DNA of 24,000 nucleotides from Candidatus Woesearchaeota archaeon (GCA_964354405.1 CAYGZP010000001.1:336134-360133), one strand, 5' to 3'. Counted from the first letter of the stretch, positions 1-8,011 are shown. The notes: generated from the letters alone by a model not told the origin. A program made the numbers and translations.

Positions 1-273
1 CATGTTATTGATGCCCAGAAAGTTAGAGCACATAAAATTAGATGGAGTTTAAGACACCCTATAGAATCTGTAAAAACTGTTATTCCTATTTTGATTCCTA
101 CTTTAATGATTTTGTTTAAAAAGTCTTTAGATTTGGCCATGTCTATTGAGTCAAGAGCATTTAGGGCTAGCAAAAAAAGGACTTATCCTCCTGGCTTGAA
201 GTTTAAGTTTAAAGATTATGCTGTTATAATCTTGCTAGTTGTGGCTTTTTGGCTGTTTTTGAGATATAGATAA
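1..273 (+). CDS. ecfT: ECF transporter T component (EcfT/CbiQ family), C-terminal fragment; N-terminus lies upstream of the window
   Basis: Frame 1 is open from base 1 (HVIDAQKVRAHKIRWSLRHP...LDLAMSIESRAFRASKKRTY, then a terminal TM helix). The AQ..R and ..ESRaF pattern matches CbiQ/EcfT C-termini as I recall them. The track start at 91 is an internal TTG. Confidence 0.6.
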   Translation, partial: HVIDAQKVRAHKIRWSLRHPIESVKTVIPILIPTLMILFKKSLDLAMSIESRAFRASKKRTYPPGLKFKFKDYAVIILLVVAFWLFLRYR

Positions 274-2031
274 TTACTCAAGAACAGCCCTAATTCTTCT
301 GATTCCTCCGGCTACAGATTCTTGCTCGGAGATTTTGAATTTGCCTAACTCGCTTGTGTTTTGGATATGAGGACCCATACAAATCTCTATTGATGGCCCG
401 ATGAAATAAACAGAAACAATGTCAGTTTTATATTCAAACTCGCTCTTCGCGATTTTCTTCGCTTCTTTGACACCCATCTCTTTCCTTTCGACCTTGATTC
501 CTTGTTTTATTATCTTATTGATCATGTCTTCAACTTCTTTAATCTCATTGCCTGTGAGTTTTCTATCAAAATTAAAATCAAATCTCAAGCGTTCAGGGGT
601 AATGTTAGAGCCGCGCTGCATTATCTGTTGTCCAAGCACTTTCCTTAATGCATATAACAATAAATGCGCAGCAGTGTGCAACTTTGCTGTTGGATATGTT
701 GCATCGCTCAATCCTCCTTTGAACTTTTTCTCTGCGCCCACCCTTGAAAGCTCTTGATGCTTCTTGAATTCGTCATGATAACCCTTCTCATCAACATTTA
801 TCCCATTATCATCGCACAATTCTTTTGTTATTTCAATCGGAAATCCATAACTCTGGAACAAGAAGAAAGCTTCTTTGCCCGAGATTACTTTATTCTGCGC
901 AAACTTATTAAACTGATTCAATCCCTTTTCTAGAGTTCTCCTGAACTTCTCCTCTTCTTTTTTCAGCTCGCTTAAAATGAACTCGGATTTTTTCTTGAGC
1001 AAAGGATAATCTTTATGATAAATTTGAATAACAACTTTTGTTATTTCTTCTGTAAAATCATTGTTTATTCCGAGCAACTTTGCATGTCTGATTGCTCTTC
1101 TGATAAATCTTCTTAGAATATAGCCTTGATCAACATTGCTTGGGACAATAGAATGTTCATCTCCGAGAATAAACACAGCAGCGCGCAAATGGTCTGTTAT
1201 GATTCTTAGCGAGCGAATCTGAGAATCACTGAAATTCTTGATTTTGATTAGGCTTTTAACCTTATCAACTATTGGCGCGAGTGTTTCAATCTCATACACA
1301 TTTTTCTTGCCTTGTAACATCGCTATAGTTCTTTCAACGCCCATTCCAGTGTCAACATTTTTTTGTTTCAATGGTTCATAGATTCCCTTTGGATTTTTAT
1401 TGTATTGCATGAAAACATCATTCCATATTTCAAAATATTTACCGCATGAGCAGCCTGGCTTGCATTCTTTTCCACAGGATTTCTTTCCAGTATCAATAAA
1501 CATCTCAGTATCTGGACCACAAGGCCCTGTTGCGCCAGCAGGACCCCACCAATTGTCTTTTTTTGGTAGAAAGTAGATTCTCTTTTCAGGAATCCCTACA
1601 TTTTTCCACATGCTCGCGGTTTCATTGTCTTTCGGAGCATCTTTATCACCTGCAAAACAAGTGACATGTAAGTTCTTTGGGTCAATTTTTAAAATTTTAG
1701 TGAGGAACTCATAACTCCATTCTATAGCTTCTTTTTTCCAGTAATCTCCCAAGCTCCAGTTGCCCAACATCTCAAAAAAAGATAAATGAGTTTCATTGCC
1801 GACTTCATCTATATCTCCTGTTCTCAAGCATCTTTGGCAGTTCACAAGCCTTTTTCCTTGAGGATGCTGTTGTCCTATGAGAAATGGAACAAGTGGATGC
1901 ATGCCCGCTGTTGTAAACAATACAGAAGGATCATGTTCAGGAATGAGCGAGGCATTAGCTATCTCTTTATGCCCTTTTTTCTCAAAAAACTCAATATATC
2001 TCTTTTTCAGCTCTTCTGACTTGATTGTCAT
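274..2031 (-). CDS. alaS: Alanine--tRNA ligase, compact 585-aa form (catalytic + tRNA-recognition + minimal editing core; no C-Ala domain)
   Basis: Class II AlaRS motifs are present: FTTAGM, QRCLRTGDIDEVG, FFEMLGNWSLGDY, GPCGPDTEMF, VDTGMGVER. Editing-site zinc motifs HTAAHLL and CMGPH lie near the C-terminus. ATG 2031 is 26 nt from a TATA box at 2054-2061. Confidence 0.9.
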   Translation of the reverse strand: MTIKSEELKKRYIEFFEKKGHKEIANASLIPEHDPSVLFTTAGMHPLVPFLIGQQHPQGKRLVNCQRCLRTGDIDEVGNETHLSFFEMLGNWSLGDYWKKEAIEWSYEFLTKILKIDPKNLHVTCFAGDKDAPKDNETASMWKNVGIPEKRIYFLPKKDNWWGPAGATGPCGPDTEMFIDTGKKSCGKECKPGCSCGKYFEIWNDVFMQYNKNPKGIYEPLKQKNVDTGMGVERTIAMLQGKKNVYEIETLAPIVDKVKSLIKIKNFSDSQIRSLRIITDHLRAAVFILGDEHSIVPSNVDQGYILRRFIRRAIRHAKLLGINNDFTEEITKVVIQIYHKDYPLLKKKSEFILSELKKEEEKFRRTLEKGLNQFNKFAQNKVISGKEAFFLFQSYGFPIEITKELCDDNGINVDEKGYHDEFKKHQELSRVGAEKKFKGGLSDATYPTAKLHTAAHLLLYALRKVLGQQIMQRGSNITPERLRFDFNFDRKLTGNEIKEVEDMINKIIKQGIKVERKEMGVKEAKKIAKSEFEYKTDIVSVYFIGPSIEICMGPHIQNTSELGKFKISEQESVAGGIRRIRAVLE

Positions 2032-2053
2032 GATTATTACTGTTTCTTTATAC

Positions 2054-2061
2054 TTATAAAA
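2054..2061 (-). promoter_or_regulatory. TATA box (TTTTATAA) for alaS; leaderless geometry
   Basis: The box centre lies ~26 nt upstream of ATG 2031 on the minus strand. Confidence 0.5.
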
Positions 2062-2091
2062 TTTTTCTTGTCAATAATTTTTTTCAATTTA

Positions 2092-2520
2092 TCAAGATGG
2101 AGTAAGCGGTTCTCTTTTTAGTTTATTACAAGGCCATTCTTCACATTCACTACAATGAAAAAGTCCTTTTGACTTGGCACAATTTTTCAATTTCTTAACT
2201 CGCTTTTCTTGTTCTTTCAACCATTTATTCAAGCCTGTTTGTTTTATTCTTTTTTGATTATTAGTAACTTCATCATACCATTCTTCTGTATCGAAGAAGT
2301 TTTTTATCTTTTTACAAGGGAAATCAGAACATTGATAACAAAAATCGAACTTTCTTCTGTTTAAACAGCATTCAAATATCCTACAGACTTTTCTATATTT
2401 TAAACACTCTCCCTTTCCGGATCTACAACCCTTACAAGTTCCTCTTTGAAATCCCAAACATTCTCCACAATAAAGACCGCATGGGGCTGCTATAAGGCTT
2501 ATTTTCTTTTGTTTTATCAT
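2092..2520 (-). CDS. Cysteine-rich metal-binding protein, DUF3795-like
   Basis: 16 Cys in 142 aa, arranged CGLYCGEC...CKGC...C...C...CC...CYQCSDFPC, plus a C-terminal HCSECEEWPC. The N-terminal CG.yCgeC pattern matches DUF3795 as I recall it. Confidence 0.6.
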   Translation of the reverse strand: MIKQKKISLIAAPCGLYCGECLGFQRGTCKGCRSGKGECLKYRKVCRIFECCLNRRKFDFCYQCSDFPCKKIKNFFDTEEWYDEVTNNQKRIKQTGLNKWLKEQEKRVKKLKNCAKSKGLFHCSECEEWPCNKLKREPLTPS

Positions 2521-2533
2521 ACTATTAACAAGA

Positions 2534-2541
2534 TTTTTAAG
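2534..2541 (+). promoter_or_regulatory. TATA box (TTTTTAAG) for elp3
   Basis: The box centre is 26 nt upstream of ATG 2563. It directly abuts the opposite-strand box at 2542-2549. Confidence 0.5.
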
Positions 2542-2549
2542 ATTTAAAA
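2542..2549 (-). promoter_or_regulatory. TATA box (TTTTAAAT on minus strand) for the DUF3795-like gene
   Basis: The box centre is 26 nt upstream of ATG 2520 (minus strand). Confidence 0.5.
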
Positions 2550-2562
2550 GTTATCTTTTGGC

Positions 2563-3909
2563 ATGAGAAAACCAACCAAATCAGTATCAGGAGTTACTCC
2601 TGTAGCTGTAGTTGTCAAGCCAATGAAATGCAAGCATGGAACCTGTTTGTACTGTCCTTCATTAAATGTTCCACAAAGCTACACTCCTTTAAGTCCTGCT
2701 GTAATGAGAGCGAAACAGCTTGATTACGACGCTTACAAACAAGTTGTTGCAAGAGTCAAGGCATTCCGAGTCATGAAACACCCCACTGACAAGATTGAGC
2801 TCATTATTATGGGCGGAACATTTTTGTCTTATTCAAAAGATTATCAGTACAAATTTATCAAGGCATGTTACGATGCATTAAACGGCAAAATTTCTAAGGA
2901 TTTGGAGCAAGCGAAAAAAATTAATGAAAAAGCAGAACATAGATGTGTGGCATTATGTATTGAGACAAGACCAGATGTTTGTTCTAAGAGCGATATAAAA
3001 AGGATTTTGAAGTTTGGTTGCACTCGTGTTGAACTTGGAGTTCAAGCAGTCGATGACAAGCTCTATAGAATAAACAAGCGCGGGCATAAAGTTAAAGAGG
3101 TTATTGATGCAACTCGAAGACTGAAAGATGCGGGTTTTAAGGTTGGATATCATTTAATGTCCGGATTGCCAGGCTCTAATTATAAAAAAGATATAGAGAT
3201 GTTCAAAAAAGTTTTCACAAGCGAGGATTTCAGGCCAGACCAGCTTAAAATTTATCCTTGTCAGGTCATTAAGGGCGCAGAACTTGAAAAATTATACAAA
3301 AAAGGCAAATACAAACCTTATAATGATAAAGCTCTTGTCAAACTTCTCATTGAATTCAAGAAAATTGTGCCTCGATATTGCAGAATCATGCGAGTCATGA
3401 GAGAGATTCATCCCGATTTTCTCGTGGCAGGAACTCTCCGCATTGATTTGAGAAAAGTTGTGGCAGATGAAATGGAAGCGAGAGGAATAAAATGTAAGTG
3501 CATAAGATGTCGCGAGATAGGTTTTTCATTATTGAAAGGCGAGAAAATTGATAAAAGATTAAAGCTTAACAAGATTGAATATCGCGCTTCTCAAGGACGC
3601 GAGTTTTTCTTAGAAATTATAAACAAAGAGGATATCATTTTTGGCTTGGTGCGATTGAGAATTCCTGACAAGTCAAATGTTTTACTTGTGCGAGAGTTGC
3701 ATGTTTACGGGCCTGCTTTGGCAATTGGCGCGCGAGGCAAGGATTCTCAGCACACTGGATTGGGCAAATGGCTTATGCAAGAGACAGAGAAGATTGCTCA
3801 AGCTCAGAAATGCAAGAAGATTAAAATTATCTCGGGAGTTGGAGTTAGAGAATATTACAAAAGTTTAGGATACAAGTTAGAAGACAGTTATATGATCAAA
3901 CAAATTTAA
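2563..3909 (+). CDS. elp3: Elp3-type tRNA uridine(34) modification enzyme (radical SAM + GNAT acetyltransferase)
   Basis: N-terminal Cys cluster CKHGTCLYCP. The radical-SAM core contains ELIIMGGTF and IETRPD. The C-terminal GNAT region contains QHTGLGKWLMQETEKIA...SGVGVREYYKSLGY. Confidence 0.85.
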   Translation: MRKPTKSVSGVTPVAVVVKPMKCKHGTCLYCPSLNVPQSYTPLSPAVMRAKQLDYDAYKQVVARVKAFRVMKHPTDKIELIIMGGTFLSYSKDYQYKFIKACYDALNGKISKDLEQAKKINEKAEHRCVALCIETRPDVCSKSDIKRILKFGCTRVELGVQAVDDKLYRINKRGHKVKEVIDATRRLKDAGFKVGYHLMSGLPGSNYKKDIEMFKKVFTSEDFRPDQLKIYPCQVIKGAELEKLYKKGKYKPYNDKALVKLLIEFKKIVPRYCRIMRVMREIHPDFLVAGTLRIDLRKVVADEMEARGIKCKCIRCREIGFSLLKGEKIDKRLKLNKIEYRASQGREFFLEIINKEDIIFGLVRLRIPDKSNVLLVRELHVYGPALAIGARGKDSQHTGLGKWLMQETEKIAQAQKCKKIKIISGVGVREYYKSLGYKLEDSYMIKQI

Positions 3910-3914
3910 GAAAT

Positions 3915-4577
3915 CTAAACAATAATTATTTTTCCTTTCGGCCCGACATTTATCACTTTTGTCCTGCCGATTTTTTCCTCGATGCCCTCTGCTTCGTGAG
4001 CGTGGCTGCAGATTGCAATATCGGGCTTGAATCTCTCGATGGCTTTCTTTACTCCATCGCTGCCAGGCACAAAGCTTGGGATTTTTGCCATTAACGAGCC
4101 GCTCGGATGATTGTGTGTAACCATAATTTTTTTCTCAACGTTCTTGACTTTCTCAAATCCTTTTTTGAGTGTTGAATAAATCTCATTCTCGCTTAGTTGA
4201 AATAATCCGATGTTCGAGCCGCCTGCGCCGAAAATTCCTATGTTATGTGATGGGTCTTTCATTCTGATGCCCTTGCCATGGATGTTTTTTACATTAGGCG
4301 AATAAACTTTCTCAAGGAAATTCGCTGTGGCTAAAGTCTCATGATTTCCTGGAATGATAAAAACCTCCAGATGTCTTTTGGCAAACGGGCCAACAATATA
4401 ATCCACAGATTGCTCTGCAAATGTCAAATCACCCGAGAGAATAACCAAATCAACCTTGGCTTTTTTTGCCTTCACTGCCAGCCTTGATGCTTGTCTTGAA
4501 TCTCCATGCAAGTCACCTATAGCCATTATCTTCAAATGTTTTGTTTTTTGTTTTTTGGGGGTTGTTTTTTTTCTCAT
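3915..4577 (-). CDS. Calcineurin-like metallophosphoesterase
   Basis: Motifs GDLHGD, SGDLT, GNHE, VTHNHP and CSHAHE are present. I prefer ATG 4577 (MRKKTTPKK...) over the track TTG at 4595, because a TATA box at 4600-4607 is centred 26 nt upstream of 4577. Confidence 0.8.
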   Translation of the reverse strand: MRKKTTPKKQKTKHLKIMAIGDLHGDSRQASRLAVKAKKAKVDLVILSGDLTFAEQSVDYIVGPFAKRHLEVFIIPGNHETLATANFLEKVYSPNVKNIHGKGIRMKDPSHNIGIFGAGGSNIGLFQLSENEIYSTLKKGFEKVKNVEKKIMVTHNHPSGSLMAKIPSFVPGSDGVKKAIERFKPDIAICSHAHEAEGIEEKIGRTKVINVGPKGKIIIV

Positions 4578-4599
4578 ATCACTAAAAAGAAACAAGTAG

Positions 4600-4607
4600 T
4601 TATAAAA
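4600..4607 (-). promoter_or_regulatory. TATA box (TTTTATAA) for the metallophosphoesterase gene
   Basis: The box centre is ~26 nt from ATG 4577. Confidence 0.45.
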
Positions 4608-4620
4608 TTATCGCCCCGCA

Positions 4621-6030
4621 TTACTGCAAGAAAAATGATTTTGCACCCGCATCCTTTGTCTTTGGAAGTTTTGCAGTCATTAGTCCTTCGAAAGCTCTGT
4701 TTGGGTTATATATCCTATCTATCTCCATCAATGCAAGAATGGTTTTAGAGTCATAACATACTCCTCTATCGAGGTATCTCGCAGGATTCACTTCCTTGCC
4801 ATCTTTTATAAGTTCATAGTGCAAATGGATATTTGTGGCCCTACCCGTTTTCCCCATCAATCCAATAATATAACCATCTCCTATGGAGTCTCCCTCTTTT
4901 ACAAGTATTGTAGACATATGCGCGTAGAATGTTTTTAAACCATTACCATGGTTAATAACCACATATTTTCCTGCTCTGCCATTGTTAATGTTATATACCC
5001 TTTCTACGACCCCAACAGCAGATGAATGAATATTCAAACTTCTGGTCTTACTATTCATATCAATCGCGCGATGGGACCCTGCTATTTCCATCCCCCATAT
5101 TGTCCTTTTACACCAATTTGTATATCTTTGGCCCCATGTCGAATTCTCAAGAGGGTCCATCAACGGTTTTGTTCTTTCCTTGGCTTCAATGTTTATAGAA
5201 TCCAAAACAGCATATTCCTCTCCAAAATAACTGTTAGTTTGCAGAATCTGGCTTAACTTGTACTTGCCGGGCTTTACATCCAAATTCAAAGCCATCAAAT
5301 CTTTTGTATAGAAAACATTTTTATTGTTTCTGAAACCCTTGATAAGTTTTTCAAATTCTTTTTTATGCACCAGTTCTTGATATTCTCTCTTTATTCTGTG
5401 TTCTTGTTTATTCTCAAGATAATCCATTGCCATTCCTCCTAGTTTAGAAGCAGCCAATAGAAAAACAGAAGCAGCAGTAGCTACCCAAAAAGCTTTTGTA
5501 GTAAAATCAGCGCGTTTTGCTTTTGGCGCTTTTGGTTTTTCTTTTCTTGATACATCAGAAACCCCAAATGGAATAGCAATTCCCTCAACTCTCTCTTCGA
5601 GTGCTGGCGCAACTTTATATTCTACAGCAGGCCGCGGAATTACAGTAACTATAGGTTCTACAGGTGCTTCGCCCACTGCCAATCCCAATTCTACAAGTGT
5701 TTTGGCTCTTACTCCCAACAAGTCAGCAGAAAAATGATATGCTGGCAAAGCCAAAAATATTAATTCAGGGTTTTTTTCATGTCTTAAAATGCCTTCCAAT
5801 AGCTGATGTCTCTTTCTATCTCGCGCTGTGATAAAATTCAAACACTTATCCGAGTCTATTTTAGCGTATCTTTTTGCTATAAGATCTGAAAATAAGCCCA
5901 GCCATCTCAATTGAATAATCTTTTTCTCGTTATTGTCCATCAAATAAACTGGTTCTTTATATAAGTCATATGGGTCATTAGCGAGATCTGTGAAATCTAC
6001 TTCTATTGTACTTGCCCCTTGCTTAGCCAT
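4621..6030 (-). CDS. Membrane-anchored M23 (LytM/lysostaphin-type) metallopeptidase with an uncharacterised ~175-aa N-terminal domain
   Basis: The C-terminal region has HRAID (HxxxD), NHGNGLKTFYAH and ATNIHLHYE (HxH). A single predicted TM helix (FWVATAASVFLLAASKLGG) lies mid-protein. A TATA box at 6052-6059 is 26 nt from ATG 6030. Confidence 0.8.
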   Translation of the reverse strand: MAKQGASTIEVDFTDLANDPYDLYKEPVYLMDNNEKKIIQLRWLGLFSDLIAKRYAKIDSDKCLNFITARDRKRHQLLEGILRHEKNPELIFLALPAYHFSADLLGVRAKTLVELGLAVGEAPVEPIVTVIPRPAVEYKVAPALEERVEGIAIPFGVSDVSRKEKPKAPKAKRADFTTKAFWVATAASVFLLAASKLGGMAMDYLENKQEHRIKREYQELVHKKEFEKLIKGFRNNKNVFYTKDLMALNLDVKPGKYKLSQILQTNSYFGEEYAVLDSINIEAKERTKPLMDPLENSTWGQRYTNWCKRTIWGMEIAGSHRAIDMNSKTRSLNIHSSAVGVVERVYNINNGRAGKYVVINHGNGLKTFYAHMSTILVKEGDSIGDGYIIGLMGKTGRATNIHLHYELIKDGKEVNPARYLDRGVCYDSKTILALMEIDRIYNPNRAFEGLMTAKLPKTKDAGAKSFFLQ

Positions 6031-6051
6031 GTATTTTACACGATTTTAAGC

Positions 6052-6059
6052 TATATAAA
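6052..6059 (-). promoter_or_regulatory. TATA box (TTTATATA) for the M23 peptidase gene
   Basis: The box centre is ~26 nt upstream of ATG 6030. Confidence 0.5.
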
Positions 6060-6125
6060 ATTTACCTTTTTATTGTCATTTAGAAATAGTAATAAAACTT
6101 ATTTAAGGACTACTTAAGAATTAGA

Positions 6126-6170
6126 AAAATAAAAAAAAACAAAAAAAGAAAAAAAAATAAAAATAAAAAA
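6126..6170 (-). terminator. Oligo-T tract cluster (minus strand) downstream of the 6175-6585 gene
   Basis: The plus strand reads as runs of A (aaaaataaaaaaaaacaaaaaaagaaaaaaaaataaaaataaaaaa), giving several T5-T9 runs on the transcribed strand just after the stop at 6175. Archaeal RNA polymerase terminates at oligo-T. Confidence 0.5.
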
Positions 6171-6174
6171 GAGC

Positions 6175-6585
6175 TTATTTGCCCCATGCCATAATCCCCA
6201 TAATTATTAAATTAAGTACAGGAACTAACATAAGCAAAGACCACCATCCAGGTTTCTTTATATTTTCAGCAATTCTCCACCAGAACCATATCGTCCCTGC
6301 TGTCAGAGCCAAGCTTCCTACGACTGGGATAATCGGCACTAGCACAATTAAAGTGAACCATCCACTCAATTTGGCAATCTTTACCATCAGGTAAACATTT
6401 GCTATAGGGATAAATGCCAGCCATCCATTAGGGGTTTTAGTCTTCTTTGCAATAGCCATTAATACCAATGCACTATAGATATACAAAGCAAGTGCTATAA
6501 TTACAAAAACCACTAAAAAGGCACTAATAGCTGCTAAAAAGCCAGCCCCAAACATAGATGCTAAAATATCTTCATAACCTACCAT
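6175..6585 (-). CDS. Small multipass membrane protein (about 4 TM helices), function unknown
   Basis: Strongly hydrophobic, with an internally repeated motif (GWLAFIPIANVYLMV / GWWSLLMLVPVLNLII). It is preceded by a strong SD sequence immediately after the serS stop. Confidence 0.7.
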   Translation of the reverse strand: MVGYEDILASMFGAGFLAAISAFLVVFVIIALALYIYSALVLMAIAKKTKTPNGWLAFIPIANVYLMVKIAKLSGWFTLIVLVPIIPVVGSLALTAGTIWFWWRIAENIKKPGWWSLLMLVPVLNLIIMGIMAWGK

Positions 6586-6596
6586 TTTCTGTTTTT

Positions 6597-6604
6597 ACCT
6601 CCTT
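6597..6604 (-). promoter_or_regulatory. Shine-Dalgarno AAGGAGGT for the 6175-6585 gene
   Basis: The minus strand reads TGA(serS stop)-AAGGAGGT-aaaaacagaaa-ATG. This implies co-transcription with serS. Confidence 0.6.
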
Positions 6605-7936
6605 TCAATTCCTTTTTTTATTTACCTTTATCTTCGTTTTTTTACGTTTCTCAACTTTCTTTTGTTTTGTCTTTAAAGGTTTGATGAGCTTGAAGCCGCA
6701 GTATTTCTGCAGCGCAGCAGGAACTTTTATGCTTCCATCTTTCTGCTGATAGTTTTCAACTAAACAAGCCAGCATTCTTTCTGTTGCGATAGCTGTATTG
6801 TTTAAAGTGTAAACATAATTCCTTGAGCCCTTTTCTTCATATTTTGTATTGCTTCTTCTCGCTTGATAATCTAAACATGCAGAACAAGATCCCAATTCTC
6901 TATAGATTCCTTGGCTAGGGAACCACCCCTCCAAATCAATTGTTTTTGTCACAACTCTTCCGATATCTTGTGATGCAAGCAGAACAACTCTAAAAGGCAG
7001 GTTCAACTTTTTATAAAGTTCAATACTGTTTTTTAAAAGAAGCTCAAACTCTTTTTCCGAGTCCTTTGGCTTGCAGAAGACAAACTGCTCAACTTTCTCA
7101 AATTGATGAACTCTAAAAATTCCTTTAGTATCCTTGCCATGCGCGCCAGCTTCTTTCCTGAAACAGGCACTTATACCAGCAAATCTTATCGGCAATTTAT
7201 CTACAGAAATTATTTCATTCATATAATAAGCATTTAGTGCATGCTCTGCTGTTCCAATCAAATACAAATCCTCGCCTTCAATCTTGTAAATTGCCTCTTC
7301 AAAAGCTGAAAAGTTCAATGCTCCCTTTAAAGCATCTTTTCTTAACATATAAGGGGGCTGTATTAATGTAAAACCTTTTTTTGCAAGGAAGTCAAGAGAA
7401 TAATTAATAAGAGCTTGATTTAATTTGACTAGCTCCTTTTTCAGATAATAAAACCTCGCTCCTGCAGCTTTTGCAGCTCGCTCAATATCCAACAAATCTA
7501 AAGCCATGAGCAACTCTTCATGCCCCTTGGCCTTAAAACCAAGCTTCTTTGGTTTGTTGATAATCTTTAGAACTTTATTTTTTTCCGCAGAGCCTACAGG
7601 AACGCTTTTATCAACCAAATTAGGCAGCTTCTCCAGCAGAGCCTCGCGTTTTTCTCCTATGCTTGCGAGCTCTTTCTCTTCTTCTGCGATTTTTATCGGA
7701 ATCTCTCTCGCGCGTTTGATTATATCCTCAATTTTCTTGCCTTGCTTCTTCGCCTCATTGATTTTCTCGCTTATCTTGTTGCGCTCCGCTCTCAACCCAT
7801 CGACATCCTGTTTAAGAGCTTTCCATTTCTTATCCAATTCTAGAAGTAAATCTACCTCTCTAGTTTCCAAACCTCTTTTCTTCAAGCCGTCTTTAACCTC
7901 TTTTGGTCGCTCGCGAATGAACTTTATATCAAGCAT
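6605..7936 (-). CDS. serS: Serine--tRNA ligase with a ~25-aa lysine-rich C-terminal tail
   Basis: The N-terminus MLDIKFIRERPKEV is followed by a coiled-coil arm. Class II motifs FRKEAG..G.DT.G.FRVHQF and GS...RTLNNTA-like (TLNNTAIATER) are present. I prefer ATG 7936, because the TATA box at 7958-7965 is centred 26 nt upstream of it. The track start at 7957 adds MPFFSYV. Confidence 0.9.
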   Translation of the reverse strand: MLDIKFIRERPKEVKDGLKKRGLETREVDLLLELDKKWKALKQDVDGLRAERNKISEKINEAKKQGKKIEDIIKRAREIPIKIAEEEKELASIGEKREALLEKLPNLVDKSVPVGSAEKNKVLKIINKPKKLGFKAKGHEELLMALDLLDIERAAKAAGARFYYLKKELVKLNQALINYSLDFLAKKGFTLIQPPYMLRKDALKGALNFSAFEEAIYKIEGEDLYLIGTAEHALNAYYMNEIISVDKLPIRFAGISACFRKEAGAHGKDTKGIFRVHQFEKVEQFVFCKPKDSEKEFELLLKNSIELYKKLNLPFRVVLLASQDIGRVVTKTIDLEGWFPSQGIYRELGSCSACLDYQARRSNTKYEEKGSRNYVYTLNNTAIATERMLACLVENYQQKDGSIKVPAALQKYCGFKLIKPLKTKQKKVEKRKKTKIKVNKKRN

Positions 7937-7957
7937 AACATAAGAAAAGAAGGGCAT

Positions 7958-7965
7958 TATTTAAA
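7958..7965 (-). promoter_or_regulatory. TATA box (TTTAAATA) for serS
   Basis: The box centre is ~26 nt upstream of ATG 7936. Confidence 0.5.
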
Positions 7966-8011
7966 GATTTTGATAAGCTGGTTTTGATAAGCGAGGTTCC
8001 TCAAGAGCTTT

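Noticed and set aside
6126-6170. A-rich low-complexity tract as a possible repeat element or CRISPR-like feature
   Set aside because: It has no unit periodicity or spacers. On the transcribed (minus) strand it is a series of oligo-T runs directly after a stop codon, which is best explained as a terminator.
7937-7957. Seven-residue N-terminal extension of serS (MPFFSYV)
   Set aside because: The canonical SerRS N-terminus (MLDIKFIR) begins at ATG 7936, and the TATA box is spaced for that start.
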